DNA from: a virus
Virus record (IMG/VR): IMGVR_UViG_3300002835_000018
DNA: 64,000 nucleotides
Reading direction: 5' to 3' (one strand)
Both the position numbers and the translations under genes were made by a program. The stretch's first letter is position 1. Each line of letters begins with the position of its first letter. Shown piece by piece: positions 1-9,186 of this stretch. The notes beneath the pieces are model-generated. The model was not told where the DNA came from, ran no database searches, and saw only the letters and a program-made list of their open reading frames with translations.

Positions 1-2
1 CA

Positions 3-515
3 ACTTATAGTGCGGTAAGTGCGAGTACATTTACAAATGCTGCAACAATACAGATTGATTCTGCTCCTATTGCTGGAACTAATCTAACTTTAACTAACGC
101 CTATGCACTTCGTGTTCTAACAGGAACCGATGCTGGCGTTGGTATAGTTATACGAGGCTCTTCTTCTCAGTCAGGAGATCTATTCAGAATACAAAACTTT
201 GGTGAAACTAAGCTACTTTATGTTGATAGTAACTACTCACTATATTTAGCAAGGTCTTTAAATCTAACTCCTTTTAATACTTCTGCTGGCAATACAAGCG
301 AATTAAGGTTCTATGAACTAGCAGCTAATGGAACAAACTATGTAGGATTTAAAGCTGGAGATAATATAGCAAGTAATGTAATATGGACTTTGCCAACTAC
401 AGATGGTGCTAATGGTGGAGTAATAATTACTAGTGGTGCTGGCGTATTGTCTTGGTCAACCGCCCCATCAGCAGCAAGCAATGTTTTCTTAGCTAACAAC
501 TTTGGAGGTTTATAA
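3..515 (+). CDS. Tail fibre protein, C-terminal part (5' truncated by the window)
   Basis: Frame 3 is open from the window start to TAA at 513-515 (not in the ORF track). It is T/A/G/N-rich and contains ELRFYELAANGTNYVGFKA..WTLPTTDG..GVLSW, typical of phage fibre segments. It overlaps the next ATG (TAATG). Confidence 0.65.
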   Translation, partial: TYSAVSASTFTNAATIQIDSAPIAGTNLTLTNAYALRVLTGTDAGVGIVIRGSSSQSGDLFRIQNFGETKLLYVDSNYSLYLARSLNLTPFNTSAGNTSELRFYELAANGTNYVGFKAGDNIASNVIWTLPTTDGANGGVIITSGAGVLSWSTAPSAASNVFLANNFGGL

Positions 516-961
516 TGCCAGTCACATCAACGCCTATCTTTGCTCAAGCACCATACTTTGTTGCAAAAACTCTTGCAGCACAAACAGCTTGTACCACTAG
601 AGGCCCAACAGCAACTGCTAGTCTTGCAGCAGCAAATATTGTAGAGGTTGTACCAACTTCTACTAATGGATTAAGAATTGATTCAATTCAAGTTAATGCT
701 TGCTCCACCTCTTTTACTTCTGCGACTGCTGGCAATATCGTAGGCATATGGGTATGGGATGGAACTACAGCTTATTTGTTTACAGAAATACTTGTGACTG
801 CTGTAACTCCATCCACTACTGTAGCTGGATTTACAACTACTTTGACTTTTGCCAACCCTCTTGTTTTACCATCTACATTTAAGCTTTTTGCCTCTGTTAG
901 TGTTACTACTACTGCTAGTACTACCGCATTGCAAGTTTGTGTAATGGGGGGAAGCTATTAA
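515..961 (+). CDS. Virion structural protein (beta-rich, fibre-associated)
   Basis: 148 aa, T/A/V-rich, GGAGG RBS, translationally coupled on both sides within the fibre cluster. Confidence 0.5.
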   Translation: MPVTSTPIFAQAPYFVAKTLAAQTACTTRGPTATASLAAANIVEVVPTSTNGLRIDSIQVNACSTSFTSATAGNIVGIWVWDGTTAYLFTEILVTAVTPSTTVAGFTTTLTFANPLVLPSTFKLFASVSVTTTASTTALQVCVMGGSY

Positions 962-1647
962 TGGCTGGAGCGTTTAACTATGGCATGATACCAAGTAATT
1001 CGCCAAAGGGTTCTGCGTTTCAAGCAGTTCAAGACACTTTTATATCATCTGGTATCATTCAAATGTTTGCTGGTTCTACTGCTCCAAATGGCTGGCTAAT
1101 ATGTGACGGAAGTACTGTTAGTAGAAGGACTTATGACGACTTATTTAAAGTAATAGGAACTACATATGGGGCTGGTAATTCTAATACTACATTTACATTA
1201 CCAGATATGAGAGGGCGATTACCTATCGGTGCTGGAACAGGCACATCGCTTACCACTAGAACTTTAGGGGCGAATTTGGGTGCAGAGACAGTAACATTAG
1301 CACAAACAAATCTTCCACCACATACCCATACCGCTACAGTTGGAACACAAAGTGCTAATCATACTCACACAGGAACAAGCGGTGATCAAAGCGTAAATCA
1401 TACACATAGTTATAACAAACCTATAGGAACTACTGGTTCACAAGTTGGGATTATAGATTCGCTTACTGCTAGTAGTTCGGGAACACCACAAACAGGTGGG
1501 AATTCTGTTGGTCACACTCATTCAACCACATTTGGAACTCAAAGTGCTACACATACACATAGTGTTACTAATTCAAACACAGGTAGTGGAACACCATTTG
1601 GTATTATGCCACCATCAATAGCCGTTAATTTTATTATTAAAATATAG
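961..1647 (+). CDS. Tail collar domain / short fibre protein 1
   Basis: Collar motif GIIQMFAGSTAPNGWLICDG..LF.VIGTTYG..TF.LPDMRGR, five HxH motifs, C-terminal VNFIIKI. Start moved to ATG 961 by alignment with its paralogs. Confidence 0.85.
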   Translation: MAGAFNYGMIPSNSPKGSAFQAVQDTFISSGIIQMFAGSTAPNGWLICDGSTVSRRTYDDLFKVIGTTYGAGNSNTTFTLPDMRGRLPIGAGTGTSLTTRTLGANLGAETVTLAQTNLPPHTHTATVGTQSANHTHTGTSGDQSVNHTHSYNKPIGTTGSQVGIIDSLTASSSGTPQTGGNSVGHTHSTTFGTQSATHTHSVTNSNTGSGTPFGIMPPSIAVNFIIKI

Positions 1648-1655
1648 GTGAAAAA

Positions 1656-2339
1656 TTGGCTGGATCTTTTTCTTATAATTCGATGCCTACTAACTCTCCA
1701 AAGGGAAGTTCATTTGAGCCTATAAAAACACCAATCATACCGACTGGTATAATAGAAATGTTTGCTGGTTCTGTTGCTCCAATCGGATGGTTAATTTGTG
1801 ATGGAAGTATTGTTAGTAGGGTAGCTTTTAGTGATTTGTTTAAAGTCATAGGCACTACTTATGGCGTTGGTAATTCTAATAGCACATTTACTTTACCAGA
1901 CATGAGAGGAAGACTACCTATTGGTGTTGGTTCTGGTTCTAGTTTAACCACAAGGACATTAGCAGCAACTTTTGGTGCAGAAACAGCTACATTGGCCGAA
2001 ACTAACTTGCCTTCTCACACACATGCAACTACGGTTGGAACAGAAAGTGTTACGCATACACACACAGGAACAAGTGGTGGTGAAAGTGCAAATCATGTAC
2101 ACAACTTTAGTCATACTGCGGGTACATCTGGCTCTTACGGATTAATGGACTCAGGAACAGCTAGTAGTTCTGGTCAACCTAGTACTGGTGGCATTCAGCA
2201 AAATCATACTCATGCTACTACAACAGGAACAGAAAGTGCTAATCACACACACTCAGTAACAAACTCAAATACTGGAAGTGGAACAGCTTTTGGAATTATG
2301 CCTCCGTCAATAGTTGTTAATTTCATTATTAAAATATAG
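1656..2339 (+). CDS. Tail collar domain / short fibre protein 2
   Basis: Paralog of 961..1647. TTG start after AGGTGA RBS; five HxH motifs. Confidence 0.85.
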   Translation: MAGSFSYNSMPTNSPKGSSFEPIKTPIIPTGIIEMFAGSVAPIGWLICDGSIVSRVAFSDLFKVIGTTYGVGNSNSTFTLPDMRGRLPIGVGSGSSLTTRTLAATFGAETATLAETNLPSHTHATTVGTESVTHTHTGTSGGESANHVHNFSHTAGTSGSYGLMDSGTASSSGQPSTGGIQQNHTHATTTGTESANHTHSVTNSNTGSGTAFGIMPPSIVVNFIIKI

Positions 2340-2347
2340 GTGAGCAA

Positions 2348-3031
2348 TTGGCTGGATCTTTTTCTTACAGCATGATACCAACCAACTCCCCAAAAGGAAG
2401 TTCGTTTCAAGGCTTGCAATCATCTTTTACTCCTATTGGTGTTATAAGATTTTTTGCTGGATCTGTAGTTCCTAACGGATGGCTTTTATGCAATGGAAGT
2501 GCTATTAGCAGAAAGACTTATGGCGATTTATTTAAAGTAATTGGAACTACTTATGGTTCTGGAAATTCTAACGATACTTTTACTTTGCCTGATATGAGAG
2601 GTAGAATTCCAATTTGTGCAGGAACAGGAACTTCTTTAACTACTAGAACTTTGGGTTCAAATGTAGGAGCAGAAACAGTTACTTTATCTGAAGCTAACAT
2701 GGCTTCTCATACTCATGCTACAACAGTAGGAACACAAACTGCAAATCATACACACTCAGGAACAAGTGGTACAGTATCTGTTGACCACACGCATGGTTGG
2801 GGAAGAAATGTTGGTTCATCTGGATCATATGGTTTAAGGGATGGTGCTAACAGAAGTGCTAACGGAACTCCTAATACGCAAGGTGCTCATCAAGGTCATA
2901 TTCATGGTACTACTACTGGTGTTGAAAGTTCCAATCATAATCATACAGTTACTAATTCTAGTACTGGAGGTGGAACTGCATTCGGGATTATTCCACCAGC
3001 GATAGTTGTTAATTTCATCATAAAAGCATAG
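2348..3031 (+). CDS. Tail collar domain / short fibre protein 3
   Basis: Third paralog. TTG start after AGGTGA RBS; five HxH motifs. Confidence 0.85.
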   Translation: MAGSFSYSMIPTNSPKGSSFQGLQSSFTPIGVIRFFAGSVVPNGWLLCNGSAISRKTYGDLFKVIGTTYGSGNSNDTFTLPDMRGRIPICAGTGTSLTTRTLGSNVGAETVTLSEANMASHTHATTVGTQTANHTHSGTSGTVSVDHTHGWGRNVGSSGSYGLRDGANRSANGTPNTQGAHQGHIHGTTTGVESSNHNHTVTNSSTGGGTAFGIIPPAIVVNFIIKA

Positions 3032-3039
3032 GAGCAAAA

Positions 3040-3600
3040 ATGTTAAGCTTAAGTATCATACTGACAAATAGGATAGATAACTCTGGAATAGCAACAGAGG
3101 ACATATACAACATTAATCTAATTAAAACAAATTCAGATGGTGTTTCAAGAAATATAACCATGCCAGTTTTACTTGACTCAGAAATTGGCAAATTTATAAC
3201 TAAACTATCTGATCAAACATGGGATTATATAGCTGCTGCACCTCCAGATGCTCTATCTCAAGCAAAGGCATGGTCATTCCAAAATATAGATAATGAATGG
3301 GCAGCTTTAGAAAAAGTTGGTTGGGATTCTGGTCGTGGCTATCGTTTAGGCATTTCTCCCTCTGATGTTGCACTTCTTGTGGGCGTGTTTTCTCTTGCAA
3401 AAGAGGCAGCAGCATTGGGCCTAGAACTTCCACACCTAATTAGCATGGATAATACACCTGTTATTTTCTCGTCTATAGAAGAAATGACTGGTGTTCTACT
3501 AGAATATGGACAAGCTCGCTCAGTTTTAGCTGGTATATATGCAGAAAAAAGAAAGGTGGTAGAGAATGCCACAGAAGTTGGTGTCACAGGTGTAATTTAA
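3040..3600 (+). CDS. Putative tail fibre assembly chaperone (DUF4376-like)
   Basis: Follows the fibre genes, AGGAG RBS, helical C-terminal half with a DNT.V motif. The call is mainly positional. Confidence 0.4.
   Translation: MLSLSIILTNRIDNSGIATEDIYNINLIKTNSDGVSRNITMPVLLDSEIGKFITKLSDQTWDYIAAAPPDALSQAKAWSFQNIDNEWAALEKVGWDSGRGYRLGISPSDVALLVGVFSLAKEAAALGLELPHLISMDNTPVIFSSIEEMTGVLLEYGQARSVLAGIYAEKRKVVENATEVGVTGVI
3589..3594 (+). promoter_or_regulatory. GGTGTA motif (candidate late promoter element)
   Basis: GGTGTA followed by an AT run at a gene boundary; one of five such copies. Confidence 0.4.
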
Positions 3601-3635
3601 TGTAGGCACAACTACATTATTTGGGGGTTAGAACA

Positions 3636-3923
3636 ATGGATGAAAAAGAAATTGTCCTATTAGTTGAACGATTGGGTGTTTCTTGTAGTTTCTTAATATT
3701 CTTTGTTTGGACAACCTATAAAGCAGCAAATTGGTTAGGCGAAAAGATTATCCTCCCTTTGCATGATAGACACATTAAATTTATAGATAGATTAGAAAAT
3801 GGACTAGAAAGTGTGGTTAAAAGCCAAGAAAATACTATGGGCATACTTAATCAGATATTGTTGAACACTAGAGAGCTACATGAACTTAAAAGGAATAAAA
3901 AGGAAACAACTAATGCAGAATGA
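3636..3923 (+). CDS. Holin-like membrane protein
   Basis: One hydrophobic segment (LGVSCSFLIFFVW) followed by a coiled coil and basic tail. GGGGG RBS before ATG 3636. Confidence 0.45.
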   Translation: MDEKEIVLLVERLGVSCSFLIFFVWTTYKAANWLGEKIILPLHDRHIKFIDRLENGLESVVKSQENTMGILNQILLNTRELHELKRNKKETTNAE

Positions 3924-4038
3924 AATTATTTACACAAATGACACTATTGTTGCTGTTGAATATACTGTATTAAATAGCAACGAGTGTACTTACATATACA
4001 CAAATGGGTTTGTACAAAATGAATTTCTTTCAATCTAA
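3913..4038 (+). CDS. Small hypothetical protein (41 aa, MQNEIIYTND...)
   Basis: AAGGA RBS, overlaps the upstream gene end and fills the gap. Below the ORF-track size cutoff. Confidence 0.4.
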   Translation: MQNEIIYTNDTIVAVEYTVLNSNECTYIYTNGFVQNEFLSI

Positions 4039-4068
4039 AAACAATAACCCAATTCTTAAGGGTTAAAA

Positions 4069-7000
4069 ATGCCTAATTGTATTGATCCACTAAGTTTGGG
4101 CATTAATCCATCTTATGAAGGTGAGATTTTTCTTTTTGGTGATTGTTCTTATACGGCAATAGAAAAAGATGGAAGTTTAAATTGGGAAACAAATGAAGAA
4201 TTAAAGGTTTATGGAGATTTTAGTACATGCACATCATCTTCTTGTAGTTGGACCTGGAATTTGGGCTACGGAGAACCAGGCTACTTTACATCATGGAGAA
4301 AGACATCTTCGTGCCCACAAGATGGCACATGTCTTTGTTCATATGAAGGATTTCCTAGTTTTAACGGAACGGAAAATCAAGTCGTATCTTATCCTTGTAT
4401 ATACCCAACTACAACTCAAGAACCAACAACTAGTACTTCTTCTACCACTAGTACTTCTTCTACCACTGGTACTTCTTCTACCACTGGTACTTCTTCTACC
4501 ACTGGTACTTCTTCTACCACTGGAACACCACTTACATCAGAACCTCCAGATCCAACCACACCACAACCCACTACTACTAATACCACTACTACAACTACAA
4601 CTACTTCAAATCCTTGTGCTCCTGGAGAATGGAATTGTTCTGGATATTGTAGACCTAAAGATCGATATAATTGTAGCGGGTGTGGAGATGCATGTTTAGA
4701 AGCACCTTTTGAAGATTGTTGTCCTAATCTTACTGGTGGTGGATTATCATGCACAGATTTGCTTTCTAACAATAATAATTGTGGTGGTTGTGGAATAATT
4801 TGTGCAGAAGGGGAAGTTTGTTGTTATGGAAATTGTATTACATTAGGAACAAATGAAAACTGTGCATCTTGTGGCGATTCAGTGCCAGAAGGTACGGTCT
4901 GTTGCGATCTTAATAATGATGGTATTTATGGATCAATTTCTCTTGACTATTGGAATCTAGGAAACCCTGGATCGTCTGATGATAATAATTGTGGATCATG
5001 TGGGAATGTGTGTGTTGCACCATATAGATGTAAAGACGGTGTGTGTACTGAAACAACAACATGTTTTGGTGGTTGTACTTGGGAATGGTTGGGGCCAGGA
5101 GGCTATTGGTATCAACTTAGTGATTGTAACCCATCATGTATTTGTGATTCTCCTACTGATGATGGAACTGAGTTTTATGAGTTTTTTGAATCTCCTTGTT
5201 ATTCTTTTGTAACAACGACTTCAGAACCAACTACAACGACTTCAGCACCAACCACAACGACTACAACCGCTAGTCCAACGACAACGACTACTACAACAAC
5301 AACCGATAGTCCAACGACTACTACGACTACTTCAGCACCGACTACAACGACTACAACCGATAGTCCAACGACTACTACGACTACTACGACTACTTCAGCA
5401 CCGACTACAACGACTACAACCGATAGTCCAACGACTACTACGACTACTACGACTACTTCAGCACCGACTACAACGACTACAACCGATAGTCCAACGACTA
5501 CTACGACTACTACGACTACTTCAGCACCGACTACAACGACTACAACCGATAGTCCAACGACTACTACGACTACTTCAGCACCGACTACAACGACTACAAC
5601 CGCTAGTCCAACGACAACGACTACAACCGCTAGTCCAACGACAACGACTACTTCAGCACCGACTACTACAACAACAACCGCAAGTCCAACGACTACAACG
5701 ACTACTACAACTACAACCACTACAACCACAAATCCTGATCCATGTTATGGGGTTTTTTGTGGTTTTGAACCAGGTTGGGATTGTTGTGGTGGAAATTGTT
5801 ATAACATATTTGGCGTTGATCAAATGATTTGTTGTGATGGACAACTAGTGTCTGGTAGATCTGGATCAACTTGTGGTTCATGTGAAAATGCTTGCCCAAG
5901 CGGTCAAGATTGTTGTACGCAAAACGGAGATGTTTTTACAAATTATTGTGCAGATTTAGAGTCAGATCCACTTAACTGTGGTTCATGTGGCAGTTATTGT
6001 GCTTCACCAAGTGTTTGTTGCCAAGGTCAATGTCTTCCAGATCCATCTCTTGTTACTAGTTTTCAAAAATGTTGCAATGGAACAATAATAGATTTTAAAG
6101 ATGACACAAATAATTGTGGTGATTGTGGAATAGTTTGTGGTGCAGGAGAAGCATGTTGCAATGGAATATGTATAGATATACTAAGCGACAAATATAATTG
6201 TGGATCATGTGGTTATAATTGTCCTCCAGAGTCTTATCCAGATTGCGTAAATGGTGTTTGCGTTACTGCTTCAACAACTACCACAACTACCACAACTACA
6301 ACGACTACCACAACTACAACTACAACTACAACTAGTACAACATCAAATCCACAATGCGATTATTCTTTAGCTCATTGGGTAGATCCAAACAACTTTGATC
6401 AAGATGAAATTCCACCTAAAACATCCTTTACTATAGGTATTTCAGAAACATTAGAGCTTAAATTTAGGGTTAGGGATATATATCAAGTAAATATAAATAG
6501 TGAAAATTTTAGTACTGTTACTCAGTGGCCTTGGTATCCATTGCCTTCGCCAGAAAATACATATGGCATATATGAAAAGGTAAATAATCAATATGCCTTA
6601 ATGGAGTTTGTTACTACTGGTACAATCGGAAGTAAATTCTATCTTTTAAATGAACAAGAATATCCATGTGTATCTGATAATTTTGCTTATTATAAATTCA
6701 TATCGCCTCCAGTTGGAACATATGTAATAAATTTTTACATGAATGATGGTTCATCTTTTGCACTTACGATTGATGTTATTGAAGGAACTACAACAACTAC
6801 AGATCCAAATACTACTACAACCACTACCACAACTGCTGCACCAACTACTACAACGACTGCAAGTCCAACGACTACGACTACAAGCACAACCGCAAGTCCA
6901 ACCACAACGACTACAACGACTACAACCGCTAGTCCAACCACAACGACAATAGCACCAACTACCACCACCACAACAACTACAAGTCCAACCACTACTACTA

Positions 7001-7404
7001 CAACGGTAAGTCCAACAACGACTACTTCTGCACCAGTTACTACAACTACTACAACATTAGCCCCAAATATAAATTCAATAAAATATAATTCTGGAGAAAC
7101 CTTAGAATTAAGGGCTACTGATGATTACTACGATGTAGATGGAAGAGCTATAGATTTTATATCTAATGATTATCCAGTATTAAATAACATAACAATTTTA
7201 TTTTTTGTAGATGGCAAAATAAATTTTGTAAAAACTTGTTTAGCTATAAATGCAACCACAATTAGATTAGAACTTGACCATCTTGAATTATCTGCTATTG
7301 GTGCTGGAAGATGGTCTTACGAAATAAGAGCAGTTTTTCTAAGTGGACATATTGTGACATTGGCTATTGGTAATTTAATTATAACTCCTGCTTTTGGAGA
7401 TTAA
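4069..7404 (+). CDS. Mucin-like Thr-rich and Cys-rich virion protein with C-terminal anchor-like domain
   Basis: Four long Thr/Ser/Pro tracts, 7-8 NCGxCGxxC (STIG1-like) repeats, two CxWxW modules, and a C-terminal domain shared with the next gene. Confidence 0.65.
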   Translation: MPNCIDPLSLGINPSYEGEIFLFGDCSYTAIEKDGSLNWETNEELKVYGDFSTCTSSSCSWTWNLGYGEPGYFTSWRKTSSCPQDGTCLCSYEGFPSFNGTENQVVSYPCIYPTTTQEPTTSTSSTTSTSSTTGTSSTTGTSSTTGTSSTTGTPLTSEPPDPTTPQPTTTNTTTTTTTTSNPCAPGEWNCSGYCRPKDRYNCSGCGDACLEAPFEDCCPNLTGGGLSCTDLLSNNNNCGGCGIICAEGEVCCYGNCITLGTNENCASCGDSVPEGTVCCDLNNDGIYGSISLDYWNLGNPGSSDDNNCGSCGNVCVAPYRCKDGVCTETTTCFGGCTWEWLGPGGYWYQLSDCNPSCICDSPTDDGTEFYEFFESPCYSFVTTTSEPTTTTSAPTTTTTTASPTTTTTTTTTDSPTTTTTTSAPTTTTTTDSPTTTTTTTTTSAPTTTTTTDSPTTTTTTTTTSAPTTTTTTDSPTTTTTTTTTSAPTTTTTTDSPTTTTTTSAPTTTTTTASPTTTTTTASPTTTTTSAPTTTTTTASPTTTTTTTTTTTTTTNPDPCYGVFCGFEPGWDCCGGNCYNIFGVDQMICCDGQLVSGRSGSTCGSCENACPSGQDCCTQNGDVFTNYCADLESDPLNCGSCGSYCASPSVCCQGQCLPDPSLVTSFQKCCNGTIIDFKDDTNNCGDCGIVCGAGEACCNGICIDILSDKYNCGSCGYNCPPESYPDCVNGVCVTASTTTTTTTTTTTTTTTTTTTTSTTSNPQCDYSLAHWVDPNNFDQDEIPPKTSFTIGISETLELKFRVRDIYQVNINSENFSTVTQWPWYPLPSPENTYGIYEKVNNQYALMEFVTTGTIGSKFYLLNEQEYPCVSDNFAYYKFISPPVGTYVINFYMNDGSSFALTIDVIEGTTTTTDPNTTTTTTTTAAPTTTTTASPTTTTTSTTASPTTTTTTTTTASPTTTTIAPTTTTTTTTSPTTTTTTVSPTTTTSAPVTTTTTTLAPNINSIKYNSGETLELRATDDYYDVDGRAIDFISNDYPVLNNITILFFVDGKINFVKTCLAINATTIRLELDHLELSAIGAGRWSYEIRAVFLSGHIVTLAIGNLIITPAFGD
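4429..4523 (+). repeat. 18-bp tandem repeat x5 (ACTRGTACTTCTTCTACC; T[S/G]TSST)
   Basis: Read directly from the sequence. Confidence 0.9.
5212..5730 (+). repeat. Thr-tract minisatellite with three identical 63-bp units (5332, 5395, 5458) plus degenerate copies
   Basis: TCAGCACCG recurs at 5332, 5395, 5458, 5521 and 5575. The unit encodes SAPTTTTTTDSPTTTTTTTTT. Confidence 0.9.
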
Positions 7405-7405
7405 C

Positions 7406-8050
7406 ATGGCATTTGAAATGGGTATAAGCTTATCTTTTGGTAAAAATTATGAAAATTGCACAACTTTATCTGCACAATTAATAAACGGAGATGGAACAAA
7501 TTACAATACTCCATATACAACTGGATTTGTAAATTTGACCAACGGTTATTTTTTGTTTACTCCAACAATACCAACATCTTTTAGAGGTGCTATCAAATTT
7601 TATTGTGCGACTGAATTTCTTGGTGCTTTAGCTATTAATCCAGAAGAATATGAAAACATAGATGTTAAAATTAGCACAAGGTGTAGTTCTACTGGAACTG
7701 GGGTTCCTACGCTAACAAATCCAATACCAATTAATCCAGCAGATCCTATAGAATTAAGATTAACTGATGATTATTTAGTAGAAGAGTCTAGATCTATAGA
7801 TATAACTTCTGTAAATTGGCCAGACCTAACTGATTCTTCCACCAGTTTTATAATTGATTCAATGCCAACATTTACTAAGGCAGCAGAATTGCTCAATGCA
7901 ACATCGTTAAGGGTTGAGTTAAGCAATGAAGAACTTCAGCAGATCGGTGCTGGTAGATGGTCTTATGAATTTAGGTCAGTTTTGTCAAATGGTCACATAA
8001 TAACCCTAGTAGTTGGCAATATTATAATCGTTCCACCATTTACTGATTAG
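7406..8050 (+). CDS. Virion structural protein sharing its C-terminal domain with the mucin-like protein
   Basis: ELR.TDDY...R.ID and IGAGRWSYE.R.V...GHI.TL..GN.I are shared with 4069..7404. GGAG RBS before ATG 7406. Confidence 0.6.
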   Translation: MAFEMGISLSFGKNYENCTTLSAQLINGDGTNYNTPYTTGFVNLTNGYFLFTPTIPTSFRGAIKFYCATEFLGALAINPEEYENIDVKISTRCSSTGTGVPTLTNPIPINPADPIELRLTDDYLVEESRSIDITSVNWPDLTDSSTSFIIDSMPTFTKAAELLNATSLRVELSNEELQQIGAGRWSYEFRSVLSNGHIITLVVGNIIIVPPFTD

Positions 8051-8055
8051 AATAC

Positions 8056-8061
8056 GGTGTA
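8056..8061 (+). promoter_or_regulatory. GGTGTA motif (candidate late promoter element)
   Basis: Intergenic copy upstream of the neck gene. Confidence 0.4.
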
Positions 8062-8092
8062 TTATTAGTTGTAATTATTACTAAATAACGAG

Positions 8093-8629
8093 GTGATTAT
8101 GTACTGGCAAGCAGAATTCATAACACTGTTAAGGGTTTTGATAGACGATCTTTCATCGCCACAAACATATAATGACAAAAGACTTACGCAAGTTTTGGCA
8201 GTAGCTGCTCAATTAGTTACAAATGAATTAAATTTTCCTAGTAAGTTTAGGGTTGATATTCAAGCTTTAACTATTGAACCAAGTCCAGTAGATAGAGAAT
8301 CAACCAGAGATGAAAATTTTATAAATTTAGTTTGTATAAAAGCAGCGTGTTTAATAGATCGTGGAGAAACTAGAAAATCTGTTGGTCAAGGAATTGCTAT
8401 TAGAGATGGTAGTTCTTCTATTGATCTTCGTGGCTCAATGGATGGTAGACTTAGATTGCTTGAAAAGGGCTGGTGTTCAGTATATGATGACACTAAGCTA
8501 GAATATCAGGCAAACAGAAATGGAACAATTGCTGGTGCAGCCATTATGACTCCATTCAGAGTTTTTGCTGGCTTTAGAGATATGGCGTACTATCCTTACA
8601 GTAGAGATGGTAGAAACTTTATTCAATAA
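8093..8629 (+). CDS. Putative head-tail adaptor
   Basis: LRVLIDD...Y.D..L N-terminus and helical pattern resembling gp6/gp15-type adaptors; lies upstream of other neck genes. Confidence 0.5.
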   Translation: MIMYWQAEFITLLRVLIDDLSSPQTYNDKRLTQVLAVAAQLVTNELNFPSKFRVDIQALTIEPSPVDRESTRDENFINLVCIKAACLIDRGETRKSVGQGIAIRDGSSSIDLRGSMDGRLRLLEKGWCSVYDDTKLEYQANRNGTIAGAAIMTPFRVFAGFRDMAYYPYSRDGRNFIQ

Positions 8630-8642
8630 CGAGGGTTTTTTC

Positions 8643-9101
8643 ATGGGAACAATTCATATTATTGGTGCTGGCATAGTAAATGGTTATTCAACAATTAATC
8701 CCACTGAAGGAAATCCAAGTGGCCAAATAATCAATTATGTTAGCGAAGGAAGAGCTACGACATCAGATACATTGGATTATCCAGCGATAGAAAGAAGTTT
8801 TGCTATTCCTATCGTTGATATTTCAAGGCCAGCAGTTTTTTCAGATGGTTCTTCAACCATACTTGCTTCTAATACAAGTCAGCAAATATTTTCTCCTAAC
8901 GATGACAGGCATTATTTATATTTTCAAAATGAGTCAGGCAACGATATGTATGTGGATTTTGGAATACCAGCAAACACTACTTCTTCTTTTAAAATACCAG
9001 CAAGTGGCAATTTAGTCTTTGATAGTGCTTTTATTCCAGCCTCCACTGTTAACATTATTTGTGCCACAAGTGGTGCTCGATTTATTGCAAAAGAAGCTTA
9101 A
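8643..9101 (+). CDS. Small beta-rich virion protein
   Basis: SQQIF..N..R.YLYFQN.S..DMYV.FG pattern seen in phage structural proteins. GAGG RBS before ATG 8643. Confidence 0.45.
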   Translation: MGTIHIIGAGIVNGYSTINPTEGNPSGQIINYVSEGRATTSDTLDYPAIERSFAIPIVDISRPAVFSDGSSTILASNTSQQIFSPNDDRHYLYFQNESGNDMYVDFGIPANTTSSFKIPASGNLVFDSAFIPASTVNIICATSGARFIAKEA

Positions 9102-9110
9102 TAAAAAGTG

Positions 9111-9139
9111 TTGATCATCTATATTGGCTGTTGTATCAT
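9111..9139 (+). promoter_or_regulatory. Sigma70-like promoter for the glycosyltransferase gene
   Basis: TTGATC - 17 nt - TATCAT, upstream of an AAGGAGG RBS. Confidence 0.45.
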
Positions 9140-9161
9140 ATAAAGGTACAGCAGCCTTTTT
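9126..9161 (+). terminator. Intrinsic terminator
   Basis: GGCTGTTGTA / TACAGCAGCC stem (one G-U pair) followed by TTTTT. Confidence 0.65.
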
Positions 9162-9186
9162 GTTTTAGGAAATAGAAGGAGGAAAT

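Noticed and set aside
961-3031. Diversity-generating retroelement or invertible fibre cassette
   Set aside because: No reverse transcriptase or invertase is in the window, all paralogs are co-oriented, and differences are not adenine-specific.
5199-5729. Val-rich minus-strand ORFs (also 4416..4772, 6735..6992, 39809..40090)
   Set aside because: They are antisense shadows of Thr codon repeats.
4429-5730. Tandem repeats as a possible CRISPR array, given the Cas4-like gene
   Set aside because: There are no unique spacers and the repeats are in-frame coding. Cas4-like nucleases are common stand-alone phage genes.
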